Shown here: in pieces, positions 25,954 through 35,680 of the stretch | Numbering within the stretch: position 1 is the stretch's first letter | Layout: each line of letters begins with the position of its first letter | IMG/VR virus record: IMGVR_UViG_3300031576_001299 | Location: 1 to 37,218 of that record | Direction: 5' to 3' (one strand) | Origin: a virus | Taxonomy: Duplodnaviria > Caudoviricetes | DNA: 37,218 nucleotides | The notes under the pieces: model-generated | Databases searched by the model: none | Told to the model about the DNA's origin: nothing | The model's input: only the letters and a program-made list of their open reading frames with translations | Position numbers and translations under genes: made by a program

Positions 25954-28900
25954 GCACCTCGGTCGTGTACCAGACGAACACGGTCGTCGTCGAGCAGGAC
26001 CGGGTGCGGGTCGTCTACCCGTTCGGTTCTGGTCTCGCCGCGACGGACCACGGCTCGCTCGCCGGCCTCGCCGACGATGACCATCCCCAATATCAGAAGG
26101 AGTCGGAGAAGGACCAGCCGTCCGGGTACGCGGGCCTCGACGGTAGCGGGCTGTTGTCGGGCGCGGTGCTGCCGGCGCTCGCGCTCACGTCGATCTCGGT
26201 CGTCGCGTCTGAGGCGCAGATGCTTGCCCTCAACGTCGAGCCGGGCGACGTCGCGATCCGCACCGACCTGACCACGACGTTCATCCTGACCGCGCTTCCG
26301 GCGAGCTCGCTCGGGAACTGGACCGAGCTGATCACCCCGACGGGCGCGGTCACGAGCGTCAACGGTCAGACCGGCGTGGTCACGATTCCCGAGGATCCTG
26401 CCGCCGGGACTGGTGGGCTCCGCACGCTCGGCGGCGGCGCCCAGCAGGCCGCGGCCGGCAACCACGCGCACACCGCGGCCGCGGTCGCGTTCACCCCCGC
26501 GGGCACGATCGCCGCGACGGACGTGCAGGCCGCGATCGAAGAAGTCGCCGCCGCGGCCACTGGCGCGCCGACCGACGGGACCTACCTCGTCGCGACCGCG
26601 AGCGGAGAGCTGTCGGCGGAGGTTGTCGTCGGCGCAACACCTCAAGGTGAGCTGGGCGGCACGTGGGCTGACCCGACCGTCGACGCGACTCACTCGGGCA
26701 GTTCCCACGCGTCGGTCCAAGCCGCTGCGGAAGCGACCGCGGACGCGGCTCTGACCGCGCATGTCGGCGCGGCCGATCCCCATACCGGCTATCAGAAGGA
26801 ATCGGAGAAGGCGGCCGCGAACGGCTACGCGTCCTTGGGCGCGGACTCGAAGGTCCCGACCTCCCAACTCCCCGCGCTTGCGATCACCGACACGTTCGTC
26901 GTCGCGTCCGAAGCCGCGATGCTCGCCCTCACTGCCGAACGGGGCGATGTCGCGATCCGCACGGACGAGACCAAGAGCTACATCCTCGCGACCGACGACC
27001 CGACACTGCTCGCGAACTGGAAGGAGATCCTCACTCCCGCCGGCGCCGTGATCTCGGTGAACGGCCAGACGGGCGTCGTCGTGATCCCGACCGACCCCGC
27101 CGCTGGCACCGGGGGCCTCAGGACCCTGGGAGTCGGCGCGCAGCAAGCGGCAGCAGGCGACCACGGCCACACGCTCGCGGGGGACGTGACCGGCCCGGTC
27201 GGCACGACCGTCGTCGCGAAGATCGCCGGCCAGACGATCACCGGCACACCGGGCGCGGGCAAGGCGCCGGTCGGTGACGGCGCGGGGAACGCCGCGTGGA
27301 CCGACATCGCGACCCAAGCCGAACTCGACACCCACATCGCGGGTGCGGTGCTCGACGGCGACGCGGCGGGCGGCGTGCTGAGCGGCACGTTCCCGAACCC
27401 CGGCTTCGCGCTCGACATGGCGACCCAGGCCGAGCTCGACGCGCATGCCGCAGCCGCTGACCCGCACGCGGGCTATCAGAAGGAGAGCGAGAAAGGCGCC
27501 GCGAACGGCTACGCGAGCCTCGACGGCTCCGGGTTCGTGCCCTCAGCGCAGCTCCCGTCGATCGCGATCTCCGACACGTTCGTCGTCGCAAGCCAGGCCG
27601 CGATGCTCGCCCTCACCGCGCAACGCGGCGACGTCGCGATCCGCTCGGACCTGAACAAGAGCTTCGTGCTCGCGACCGAGAGCCCGGGCACGCTCGGCGA
27701 CTGGAAGGAACTGCTCACCCCCACCGACGCAGTCCTGTCCGTCGCGGGCCGCACTGGCGTGGTGACGCTCACGAGCGCTGATCTGACGGACTCGTCCGCG
27801 TTCGGTCGATCGTGGATCGCGCTCGCCGACGCGCCGGCCGGACGTACTGCCCTCGGGGTCGTGATCGGCACTGATGTGCAGGCGTTCCATGCGAACCTCG
27901 CCGCGCTCGCGGGGCTGACGGGCGCGGCGGCGAAGGGGATCCGGTTCACGGGCGCGGGCGCGATGGCGACGTTCGACTTGACCGCGGCGGGCCTCGCGTT
28001 GTTGGACGATGCGGACGCGGCGGCGCAGCGGGTGACGCTCGTGCTCGGCCCGACCGACGACGTGACGTTCGGGACGGTCGCGACCGACTTCGCCCGGCTC
28101 GACGATCCTGACGGCGGGATCGACTTGCAAGATGTCGGCCTGTTCGGGTTCGGGAACTGGCAGGAGGGCGCGCACGCGTCGGGCTTGGAGACGATGCAGA
28201 TCGGCTCGCTGCTGTTCGGGTCGGGGTACTTCAACCTCACCGGCGGCGGGCTGCTCGCGCAGGTCACTGGCCGCGCGTACGCGACCGACGATCGTCTCCC
28301 CGCACCGTTGAAGGGACCGGGTTCGGCGGGCGCGGGCGACAACTCGGTCGGCGACGAGGGGCTTGAGATCAGCTCGGAGATGATCGGCCACGTCGACTAC
28401 GTGACGGTCACCCTCACCGCAGGATCCGCGGTCGCGGTCCGCACCGCGGGCGATACGCCCGCCGACCCGTCGTTCTACCGGCCGACGATTACCGGGCCGC
28501 CTGGCGCGCTCCGGTTGTTGACGCGCGTCACGGACGTCACCGGGAACAACATCACGATGACGAAACCGGCGTTGCAGTCGGGGTCGTTCCTTGTCGGTGT
28601 CGGTTGGGCAGGCGCGCACGCGACATCGCTCGGGATCAACGCGCAGATGCGTACTGTCGCGATGGCGGACCTCAGCGCGACGGTCGGCTATGCGGGTATC
28701 CGCCTCGCGCTCGTCGGTTCGGGTGCTGGCGCGGCATGGAAGGACCAGTTCGAGTTCGATGGGGACGGCATCTTCCGCTTCCTCCAGAACTCCGAGAAGC
28801 AGTCGATCGAGTTCCGCAAGCCGACCGGCGGTCCTGGCGATGTCGTCGCGAACAAGCCGCGCTTGTGGGCCGAGGTCGGGCACCTCGGCTATGACCACCT

Positions 28901-30608
28901 GACGCTCACACAGTTGATCGGCGGGACCCAGACGCAGACACAGTTGTTGCAGGTCGGGCTCGCGCACTTCAACTACGCCGGGACAGTCCTCGGCTACACG
29001 AGCATCGACACGCAGGCGAGCTTCGGCGGTTCGATCTTCGCGTTGCGTCAGGCTGGCGGTACTGGCGGGCCGTTTGGTATCACTGCGACACCTGCTGATA
29101 CCCAGGTCGGGTCGTATGCGTTCGGTGCATACGACGGCGCGGGCGACTGGACCCTGAACGCCGGGATGCTGGCCGTGACGAAGGGGTTGCAGTCGGCGAC
29201 GAACTATGGCCTCGCGCTCCGGTTCTACAGCACGCCGCAAGGTGGCGTGAACACGCGCAACGTGTGGGAGATGGGCGAGGACGGTGCGCTGCGCGCGTTG
29301 CTGACCGGCGGCGGCGGGTTCATCGAGCTACCCGAACAGTCAGCGGATCCGACTGCGCCTGCCAACTCGCTCGCCCTGTTCGCGAAGGACGACGGGTTCG
29401 GCGCGACGAAGCTGTCGATCTCCGGGGACTACCCGGTCATGCAGAATGTGTTCAACCAGCTTGGCGCGTTCGGGACGTTCCTCGGCTACTGGGGCACGGC
29501 GGCTTCACCGCCGACCCTCGCGTTGCTGCGCGGCCGCGGCGACAAGGCCACGCCGGTGTTGGTCAACAGCGGCGACGTGCTCGGGCGTCTCGCGTTCTTC
29601 GGCTACGAGTCGCAGACGGTCACCCAACTCGGCGCTGAGCTTCGCGGAGTCACGGCCGAGACGTGGGATGACAACTCGCACGGCACCGACCTCGAGATCT
29701 GGACGACCCCGACCGGCAGTGCAGATGCGGTCGCGTCGAAGATCGCGACGTTCGGTGCGGGCCGCGGCCTCTCGTTCTACGGGACGGCCGGCGACGCGAA
29801 CCCCGTCACGACGATCGGGTCGCTGCTCGGCGCTGCCATCCTCGCGTTCGGGACGGCCGGCGCCGCGATCGACACGCTGCTCGACCGGCAAGGCGTCGGC
29901 GTGTTCGGGGTCACGAACGCGCTCAAGATCCTCGGCACGGGCGGCACCGGCTACCACGAGCTCGTGCACCAGAGCTCGGATGCAGGCGCGCCGTCGGGCA
30001 CGCTCGTCCGGCTCTACAACAAGAGCGGGAAGCTCTACCGCCGCAACGCGACCGACACGAAGCGCATCCTGACCGAGAGCGACCTCTCGGCCGCGTTGTT
30101 CGGCACGACCGGCTGCCTCGCCGCGACCTTCAACCGCCAGCAGGTCAGCTCGGCAACGCAGGCCGCGCTGACGTCGGGCACGCTCACGATGGTCGCGATC
30201 CCGCTGACGCAGGGCACGGTCGTGACGAACATCTCGTTCTTCACCGGCTCAACGGCGGGCGCCACCATGACGAACTGGTGGTTCGGTCTGTTCGACGAGT
30301 CGCGCAACAAGCTCGCGATCAGCGCGGATCAGACCTCGGACGCGATCGCGTCGAATACGAAGCACACGCTCGCGATGACGACGCCGTACACGGTGCTGAC
30401 GACCGGCCTCTACTACGTCGGCATCATGGTCGCCGCCACGACAGTGCCGACGCTCGCCGGCATCGCGGTCACCGCGGTCACCGCTCGCAACGTCGCTCCG
30501 ATCACGGCCGGGACCTCGTCGACGGGGCTTACCACTCCCGCGTCATGCCCCTCGCCGGCCGGCGCGCTCACCGCGATCGGGCAGGCTGTCTACGCCGAAG
30601 TCTCATGA
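25950..30608 (+). CDS. Long tail-fibre-like virion protein with internal repeats
   Basis: 1552 aa, Gly/Ala/Thr-rich; three YQKESEK...ASxAxMLAL..GDVAIR.D...W.E.LTP modules. Confidence 0.75.
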   Translation: MSTSVVYQTNTVVVEQDRVRVVYPFGSGLAATDHGSLAGLADDDHPQYQKESEKDQPSGYAGLDGSGLLSGAVLPALALTSISVVASEAQMLALNVEPGDVAIRTDLTTTFILTALPASSLGNWTELITPTGAVTSVNGQTGVVTIPEDPAAGTGGLRTLGGGAQQAAAGNHAHTAAAVAFTPAGTIAATDVQAAIEEVAAAATGAPTDGTYLVATASGELSAEVVVGATPQGELGGTWADPTVDATHSGSSHASVQAAAEATADAALTAHVGAADPHTGYQKESEKAAANGYASLGADSKVPTSQLPALAITDTFVVASEAAMLALTAERGDVAIRTDETKSYILATDDPTLLANWKEILTPAGAVISVNGQTGVVVIPTDPAAGTGGLRTLGVGAQQAAAGDHGHTLAGDVTGPVGTTVVAKIAGQTITGTPGAGKAPVGDGAGNAAWTDIATQAELDTHIAGAVLDGDAAGGVLSGTFPNPGFALDMATQAELDAHAAAADPHAGYQKESEKGAANGYASLDGSGFVPSAQLPSIAISDTFVVASQAAMLALTAQRGDVAIRSDLNKSFVLATESPGTLGDWKELLTPTDAVLSVAGRTGVVTLTSADLTDSSAFGRSWIALADAPAGRTALGVVIGTDVQAFHANLAALAGLTGAAAKGIRFTGAGAMATFDLTAAGLALLDDADAAAQRVTLVLGPTDDVTFGTVATDFARLDDPDGGIDLQDVGLFGFGNWQEGAHASGLETMQIGSLLFGSGYFNLTGGGLLAQVTGRAYATDDRLPAPLKGPGSAGAGDNSVGDEGLEISSEMIGHVDYVTVTLTAGSAVAVRTAGDTPADPSFYRPTITGPPGALRLLTRVTDVTGNNITMTKPALQSGSFLVGVGWAGAHATSLGINAQMRTVAMADLSATVGYAGIRLALVGSGAGAAWKDQFEFDGDGIFRFLQNSEKQSIEFRKPTGGPGDVVANKPRLWAEVGHLGYDHLTLTQLIGGTQTQTQLLQVGLAHFNYAGTVLGYTSIDTQASFGGSIFALRQAGGTGGPFGITATPADTQVGSYAFGAYDGAGDWTLNAGMLAVTKGLQSATNYGLALRFYSTPQGGVNTRNVWEMGEDGALRALLTGGGGFIELPEQSADPTAPANSLALFAKDDGFGATKLSISGDYPVMQNVFNQLGAFGTFLGYWGTAASPPTLALLRGRGDKATPVLVNSGDVLGRLAFFGYESQTVTQLGAELRGVTAETWDDNSHGTDLEIWTTPTGSADAVASKIATFGAGRGLSFYGTAGDANPVTTIGSLLGAAILAFGTAGAAIDTLLDRQGVGVFGVTNALKILGTGGTGYHELVHQSSDAGAPSGTLVRLYNKSGKLYRRNATDTKRILTESDLSAALFGTTGCLAATFNRQQVSSATQAALTSGTLTMVAIPLTQGTVVTNISFFTGSTAGATMTNWWFGLFDESRNKLAISADQTSDAIASNTKHTLAMTTPYTVLTTGLYYVGIMVAATTVPTLAGIAVTAVTARNVAPITAGTSSTGLTTPASCPSPAGALTAIGQAVYAEVS

Positions 30609-31030
30609 ACCGTCAACAGCGGCGTCACGCCGCCCGACAGAGGAGCAAAACGATGCCCGACGCCCAAGCCCCCGAAGCTGCACCCCCGAACCAGAACCAG
30701 ATCCAGGTCGACCCGCAATGGATCTTGACGAACGCCGCGCAGCACATGCAGAACAGCCAAGCCTCCGTGCTCGCGATGCACGACCTGCTCGTCAAGTGCG
30801 CCAACGCGCTCGGCCTCGTCATGGCCGAACATACCCGCGTCTCCGCCGAACTCGACGAGGCGAAGGCACGACTCGCCGCCGCGGACGCCGAGGTCCACAA
30901 CGAGGCCGCGGCGAAGGCCGCGAACGTGAAGCCGGCCCGGGCCCGCAAAGCCGCGAAGGCGACGAAGGCGGCGAGCAACGGCAAGACGCCCACGAAGGCC
31001 GCGGCCGCCGCGCAGACCACACACGAGTAG
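30605..31030 (+). CDS. Hypothetical coiled-coil protein with an Ala/Lys-rich tail
   Basis: ATGA coupling; histone-like AK tail. Confidence 0.6.
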   Translation: MNRQQRRHAARQRSKTMPDAQAPEAAPPNQNQIQVDPQWILTNAAQHMQNSQASVLAMHDLLVKCANALGLVMAEHTRVSAELDEAKARLAAADAEVHNEAAAKAANVKPARARKAAKATKAASNGKTPTKAAAAAQTTHE

Positions 31031-31032
31031 TT
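31015..31032 (+). promoter_or_regulatory. ACCACA-N4-nGTAGT element with TAGTTT -10, before the portal
   Basis: GACCACACACGAGTAGTT; ATG at 31041. Confidence 0.6.
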
Positions 31033-31040
31033 TTGCGGCG

Positions 31041-32357
31041 ATGGTGGCCGAGCAGATGACCGGCACGCGGGTCATCCGACGCGACCAGCTCGACGGCGCG
31101 CCGGCGTTCACCGAGATCGGCACGACCGGCCTCGTCGCGTTCGGCGGCTACGTCCAGGAAGAGTGGCTCCCCGCGCTCCGCTGGCCGCAGGCCACGAAGA
31201 TCTGGCGGGAGATGTCGGACAACGACCCGATCGTCGGCGCGATGCTCAACACCGGCGACCTGCTGATGCGCAAGGTCGACTGGCGGACCGACCCCGCCGA
31301 CGACAGTCCCCTCGCGCTCGAGATCGCCGACCACTGCCATAACTGCCTGTCCGACATGACCGACAGTTGGCCCGACACGCTCTCCTCGATGCTGACCATG
31401 CTCCCGTTCGGGTTCTCGGTGCATGAGATGGTCGCCAAACGCCGAGCCGGCCGCCGCGCCGAGGACCCGTCACGATTCGACGACGGCAAGGTCGGATGGC
31501 TGAACCTGTCGATCCGCGCGCAGGAGACCCTGTACGACTGGATCTACGACGAACGCGACCGGCTCGTCGGCGTCAACCAACGCACGATGACCGGCGGCGG
31601 CGCGCCGATCCCGCTCGCCAAATGCGTCCACGTCCGCACCTCCGCATTGAAGGCAAACCCGCAAGGCCGTTCGGTCCTTCGCAACGCCTACCGGCCGTGG
31701 TTCTACAAACGGCGGATCGAGGAGATCGAGGCGGTCGGCATCGAACGTGACCTCGCCGGCCTGCCGATCGCGTACGCGCCGTCGGACATCATCCTCTCCG
31801 AAGATTCGGACAAGTTGAAGATCCGCGACAACTTCATCGAGACGGTCAAGAACGTGCGCCGCAACGAAGCCGAAGGGCTGCTCTGGCCGTCGGAGAAAGA
31901 CGCGCACGGCAACCGGCTCTATGAGTTCGCGTTGCTCTCGACGGGCGGCCGCCGCCAGTTCGACACCGGCGCGGTCGTGACCCGCTACGACCAGCGGATC
32001 CTCACGACGATGCTCGCCGACTTCATCCTCCTCGGCCACGAAGGTGTCGGCACGCTCGGTGTCGAGTTCGGGGCGAGCAAGGTCGACCTGTTCAACGCCG
32101 GCCTCGACGCCTGGCTCGCGCAGATCGCCGCGGAGATGACCCGCGGGTATGAATGGCTCGTCGACCTGAACGGCTGGCCGCTCGAGCTCACCCCCACCCT
32201 CCTGCCCGGCAAGACCGAGAAGATCGACATGGTCGCGATCGCCGAGACGGTCGGCAAACTCGCCGACGCCGGCGCCCCGATCTTCCCCGACGCGATCCTG
32301 CTGGACCATCTCCTCGACCAGCTCAACCTGCCCCACACCGAACCCGACGAGCTCTAA
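31041..32357 (+). CDS. Portal protein (DUF935 / Mu gp29-like)
   Basis: EIGTTGL, EMSDNDPIVGA, MLPFGFS.HE, NPQGRSVLRNAYRPW, EAVGIERDLAGLP. Confidence 0.88.
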   Translation: MVAEQMTGTRVIRRDQLDGAPAFTEIGTTGLVAFGGYVQEEWLPALRWPQATKIWREMSDNDPIVGAMLNTGDLLMRKVDWRTDPADDSPLALEIADHCHNCLSDMTDSWPDTLSSMLTMLPFGFSVHEMVAKRRAGRRAEDPSRFDDGKVGWLNLSIRAQETLYDWIYDERDRLVGVNQRTMTGGGAPIPLAKCVHVRTSALKANPQGRSVLRNAYRPWFYKRRIEEIEAVGIERDLAGLPIAYAPSDIILSEDSDKLKIRDNFIETVKNVRRNEAEGLLWPSEKDAHGNRLYEFALLSTGGRRQFDTGAVVTRYDQRILTTMLADFILLGHEGVGTLGVEFGASKVDLFNAGLDAWLAQIAAEMTRGYEWLVDLNGWPLELTPTLLPGKTEKIDMVAIAETVGKLADAGAPIFPDAILLDHLLDQLNLPHTEPDEL

Positions 32358-32361
32358 CCCG

Positions 32362-35007
32362 ATGGTCGTCGGGACGCCGGTCGTGCGGCGGGCGCCGATC
32401 AACCTGCTCGACAACGTCGCCGTCGGGCAGGTCTCGAGTGTCGTGCTCAACGCGATGAGTCGCCTGTCGCAGAGCGCCGGCGGGCAGGCCGCGCTCTCCG
32501 CGCTCGGGCTCGGCAACGCCACGGCGTTCCTCGAGGCGCTCGACTGGGCCGGCTGGCTCGGCATCCTCGAGCAGATGACCGGCATCGTCACCGGCCAACA
32601 GGTCGCCGCCGCCGAAGCGAGTTTCGTCGACCTCGGCGGGACGAAGGCGATGATCGGCGGGCGGATGCGCCGCGCCGAAGCGAACGCCCAAGCACGCGCC
32701 GCCGCGAGGGTCGTCGAGATCGACCAGACGACCCGCGCCGCGATCCGCGAACGGATCACCGCCGCGCTCCGCTCCGGCGACAGCATCGACCGCGTCGCGG
32801 CAGATCTGCGTCAGACCGTCGGGCTGCACTCCCGCTACGCGACCGCCCTCACCAACTACACGAACCAGCTCCGCAAGAAAGGGCTCGACGACGGCACGAT
32901 CCGGATGCGCACCACCGTCTACCGCGACCGGCTCCTCCGTGCGAGGGCGGAGACGATCGCCCGCACCGAGCTCTCCGAAGCTGCGAACGCCGGCCGGACC
33001 GAAGGGTGGGCTGCCGCGGTCGCATCCGGGGCGCTGCCCGCCGATTCGCAGAAACGGTGGATCCTCGGCCCGAACCCCTGCCCGATCTGTCAGAGCGTCG
33101 GCGGCACGACCGTCGAGCTGTTCGCGACGTTCGCGAACGGCTACGACAACCCGCCCGCACACCCGAACTGCACGTGCCGTGTGGTGCTCGCCGAGGTCGG
33201 CGCCGCAGCCGACGCGATCCGACAGCCCGGCTGGGAACAGGACGGCACCAAGTTCGCCGGGAGCCGCTGCGCGATCTGCCCGGGCGACTGCACCAGCCGC
33301 GTGAGCCTTGAGGCTGGGCAGGTCGTGAAGGGCTCGAAGGGTGCGCACTGCTCCGGGCTGCCGAAGGCCGCGCCACCAACCGCGATCCCCGTCACCACGG
33401 CAGCGGAGTGCGATGTCGGCGACACGCTCTACATGTCCGGCAACCCGTACAACTTCGAGATCACCGGCGTCGACCCCCCCGCCGGCACGATCGTCGCGAA
33501 GGGCAAGGGTGCACCGAAGGTGTACGCGATCGACGGGTCGACGAAGAGCTGGGCGGTGACGCCGGGCCCGGCGAAAGCGGCGAAGGTCGCACCGTTCGAA
33601 GGGACACCTGGGGCGAAGCTCGCCAAGGGCGCCCCAACCGGGTCGGTGCCGATCACCAAGCTCGACCAGGCACACCCCGGCGACGTCCTCTACTCCTCCA
33701 CCAAACCCGGTATCGGCCACACGGTGATCGGCCAGCACGAGAGCGGCGCCGGCGTCGTCGTCATCGGCCCCGACGGCAAGAAATCGGTCATCAAGATCGA
33801 GTCCGGTTCGAAGATCGGTCTCGGCTATTCGGTCGAGCCTGGGCCCGACAAGTGGAAGTACCTCATCGGCTCGCCGCCGTCCGCCTCGAAACCCGCCGGC
33901 GTCCCGCACCCCAACCCCACCCCGAAACCGAAACCGGGTGTCACCGGCACGGCGTCGCCGTCGAAGACCGACTGGTTCCAGCCCGAGCCCGGATCGATCA
34001 CCGGCCATGCCGCCCACCCCGGCAACACATACAAGGTCATCTCCGTCAAGGGCGACAAGGCGCTCATCGAGACCGCGTCCGGCTCCAAATTCGAAGCCGC
34101 GACCAGCGATCTGATCGGTGTCCGGCCCGGCATGAAAGTGAACGTCCTCGGCGACACCTACGACGTGCTCGACCTCACCCCCGGCAACCCGTACACGAAG
34201 GTGAAGATCCAAAAGGGTGCCGACGTCACGTTCGTCAACCTCCCCAAAGGAGGCGGCCACTCCATCAAGCCCGCGACCGCGACACCCGGCAAGGGCGTCG
34301 CCGCCGGCAAACCCCAAGCCGGTCTCATCGACTGGGGCCAGGCAAAGAAACCGAGCTACGGCACGGCGAAGAAGCCTGCGGCCACGGCCACGGCGACGAC
34401 GCCGACGGTCGTGCCGCCCCCCTCCCACGCGCAGGGCGCGGCGACGTTCGCCTCTCGCAGCGACGGTGTCGCCTGGGGGAAACGCCAATCGGCCGGCTGG
34501 CAGGCGACGAGCGCGGAACAGTCCGCGATCCGCTCCTACACCGGCTCCAGCTACTACTCGACGAACCAACGGCTCCGTTCCTCGCTCGGGCAACGCCACG
34601 ACGCCAAATCCAAAGCGATCGACGCCGGCCTCGAGAAGGGCGAGATGCACGAGACGGTGATCCTCACCCGCGGCCACGGCGCCGCGGGCGACGTCGACGC
34701 GTCGACCGGCCGTCGGCTCGACAGCTTCCAGCCCGGCGAGACGTTCGTCGAACATGGCTTCACCTCCACCAGCGTCGACACCCAACCCGCGTTCTCCAAG
34801 CAGGTCGGGCTCCGGATCCGTGCGCCCGCCGGCACTCGAGGCGCCTATGTCGGGAACGTGTCGCAGTTCGGCCATGCCGAACGCGAGTTGATCCTCGCTG
34901 CCGACACCGAGTTCCGTGTTGTCGCCCGGCACGAGCTCCCTTCCGGGACGGTGATCTACGACGTGGTGATCGTCCGTCAGAAGAACCGCATCTACCCCTA
35001 CCCCTAA
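32362..35007 (+). CDS. MuF-like minor head protein with a C-terminal ADP-ribosyltransferase domain
   Basis: RAETIARTE, CPIC, PPAHPNCTC; YTGSSYYSTNQRLR, LTRG, GFTSTS, ERELIL. Confidence 0.85.
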   Translation: MVVGTPVVRRAPINLLDNVAVGQVSSVVLNAMSRLSQSAGGQAALSALGLGNATAFLEALDWAGWLGILEQMTGIVTGQQVAAAEASFVDLGGTKAMIGGRMRRAEANAQARAAARVVEIDQTTRAAIRERITAALRSGDSIDRVAADLRQTVGLHSRYATALTNYTNQLRKKGLDDGTIRMRTTVYRDRLLRARAETIARTELSEAANAGRTEGWAAAVASGALPADSQKRWILGPNPCPICQSVGGTTVELFATFANGYDNPPAHPNCTCRVVLAEVGAAADAIRQPGWEQDGTKFAGSRCAICPGDCTSRVSLEAGQVVKGSKGAHCSGLPKAAPPTAIPVTTAAECDVGDTLYMSGNPYNFEITGVDPPAGTIVAKGKGAPKVYAIDGSTKSWAVTPGPAKAAKVAPFEGTPGAKLAKGAPTGSVPITKLDQAHPGDVLYSSTKPGIGHTVIGQHESGAGVVVIGPDGKKSVIKIESGSKIGLGYSVEPGPDKWKYLIGSPPSASKPAGVPHPNPTPKPKPGVTGTASPSKTDWFQPEPGSITGHAAHPGNTYKVISVKGDKALIETASGSKFEAATSDLIGVRPGMKVNVLGDTYDVLDLTPGNPYTKVKIQKGADVTFVNLPKGGGHSIKPATATPGKGVAAGKPQAGLIDWGQAKKPSYGTAKKPAATATATTPTVVPPPSHAQGAATFASRSDGVAWGKRQSAGWQATSAEQSAIRSYTGSSYYSTNQRLRSSLGQRHDAKSKAIDAGLEKGEMHETVILTRGHGAAGDVDASTGRRLDSFQPGETFVEHGFTSTSVDTQPAFSKQVGLRIRAPAGTRGAYVGNVSQFGHAERELILAADTEFRVVARHELPSGTVIYDVVIVRQKNRIYPYP

Positions 35008-35017
35008 ACTCGGCCGG

Positions 35018-35362
35018 ATGGCGAGCGCCTCGCGTGTCCGAGCAGTCCTCGACGAGCTGCTCGTCCGCGTCCCCGACGAGCTCACCAGCTACGCGGAGGC
35101 AGTCGCGGCGATACCGCCCGATGTGACGCTGGCGGAGCTCGAGGCGGCGATGCCAGCCACCGAATCTGGGCTGCCGTTCGGTCTCGCTGACTTCCTCGGC
35201 TTCACCGACCCGCAAGACTGGAACCCGGGGAAGTGGGACGCGGGCCAACCTGCCGCCACCGGCGCGGAAGCGCAACGGATCGGCGATGAGCTCGCGGACC
35301 CGACGATCGTCGAGGTCGAACTGCCCGACGACTGGGCCCCTTCCTACCAACACGGCGAATAG
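35018..35362 (+). CDS. Acidic hypothetical protein
   Basis: Coding-like; directly after the toxin domain. Confidence 0.6.
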   Translation: MASASRVRAVLDELLVRVPDELTSYAEAVAAIPPDVTLAELEAAMPATESGLPFGLADFLGFTDPQDWNPGKWDAGQPAATGAEAQRIGDELADPTIVEVELPDDWAPSYQHGE

Positions 35363-35367
35363 AGAGC

Positions 35368-35628
35368 GTGATGGCCGACGACGACGACGGTGAGGTAAAT
35401 CTCATCTACCGCCAGCTCGACGACCCCAACGAGTGGATCCTCGAGATCATCGACGAGGACGGCAACGTCGAAGTGACCGACATCTGCGACCCGCGCACCG
35501 GGCTCGTCGGCACGGTCGATCACCTCGGGATGCTCTCGCTCAACGGCGCGCCTGCAGTGTGCGGGCAGCTGCGCATCGAGCCGCGCTATTACGGCGGCGA
35601 GCAGACGATCGTCATCCTGCCCGGCTGA
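35368..35628 (+). CDS. Acidic hypothetical protein
   Basis: Coding-like ORF. Confidence 0.55.
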   Translation: MMADDDDGEVNLIYRQLDDPNEWILEIIDEDGNVEVTDICDPRTGLVGTVDHLGMLSLNGAPAVCGQLRIEPRYYGGEQTIVILPG

Positions 35629-35658
35629 GGCCGCGCAGGGTACACGTGCGCTGTACCC
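35629..35658 (+). promoter_or_regulatory. GTA-N11-TAC element, variant of the 16265/19123 repeat
   Basis: GGCCGCGCAGGGTACACGTGCGCTGTACCC immediately after a stop codon. Confidence 0.7.
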
Positions 35659-35680
35659 GGGCGGGCTCTACCCTTGGCGC

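Noticed and set aside
25950-30608. Fibre repeats as a diversity-generating retroelement TR/VR pair
   Set aside because: The repeats are N-terminal protein modules with general divergence, not adenine-specific; no reverse transcriptase in the window.
8261-35658. Dispersed repeats as CRISPR repeats or integron attC sites
   Set aside because: Spacing is irregular and gene-sized, there are no attC R-box ends or integron integrase, and they embed -10/RBS elements.
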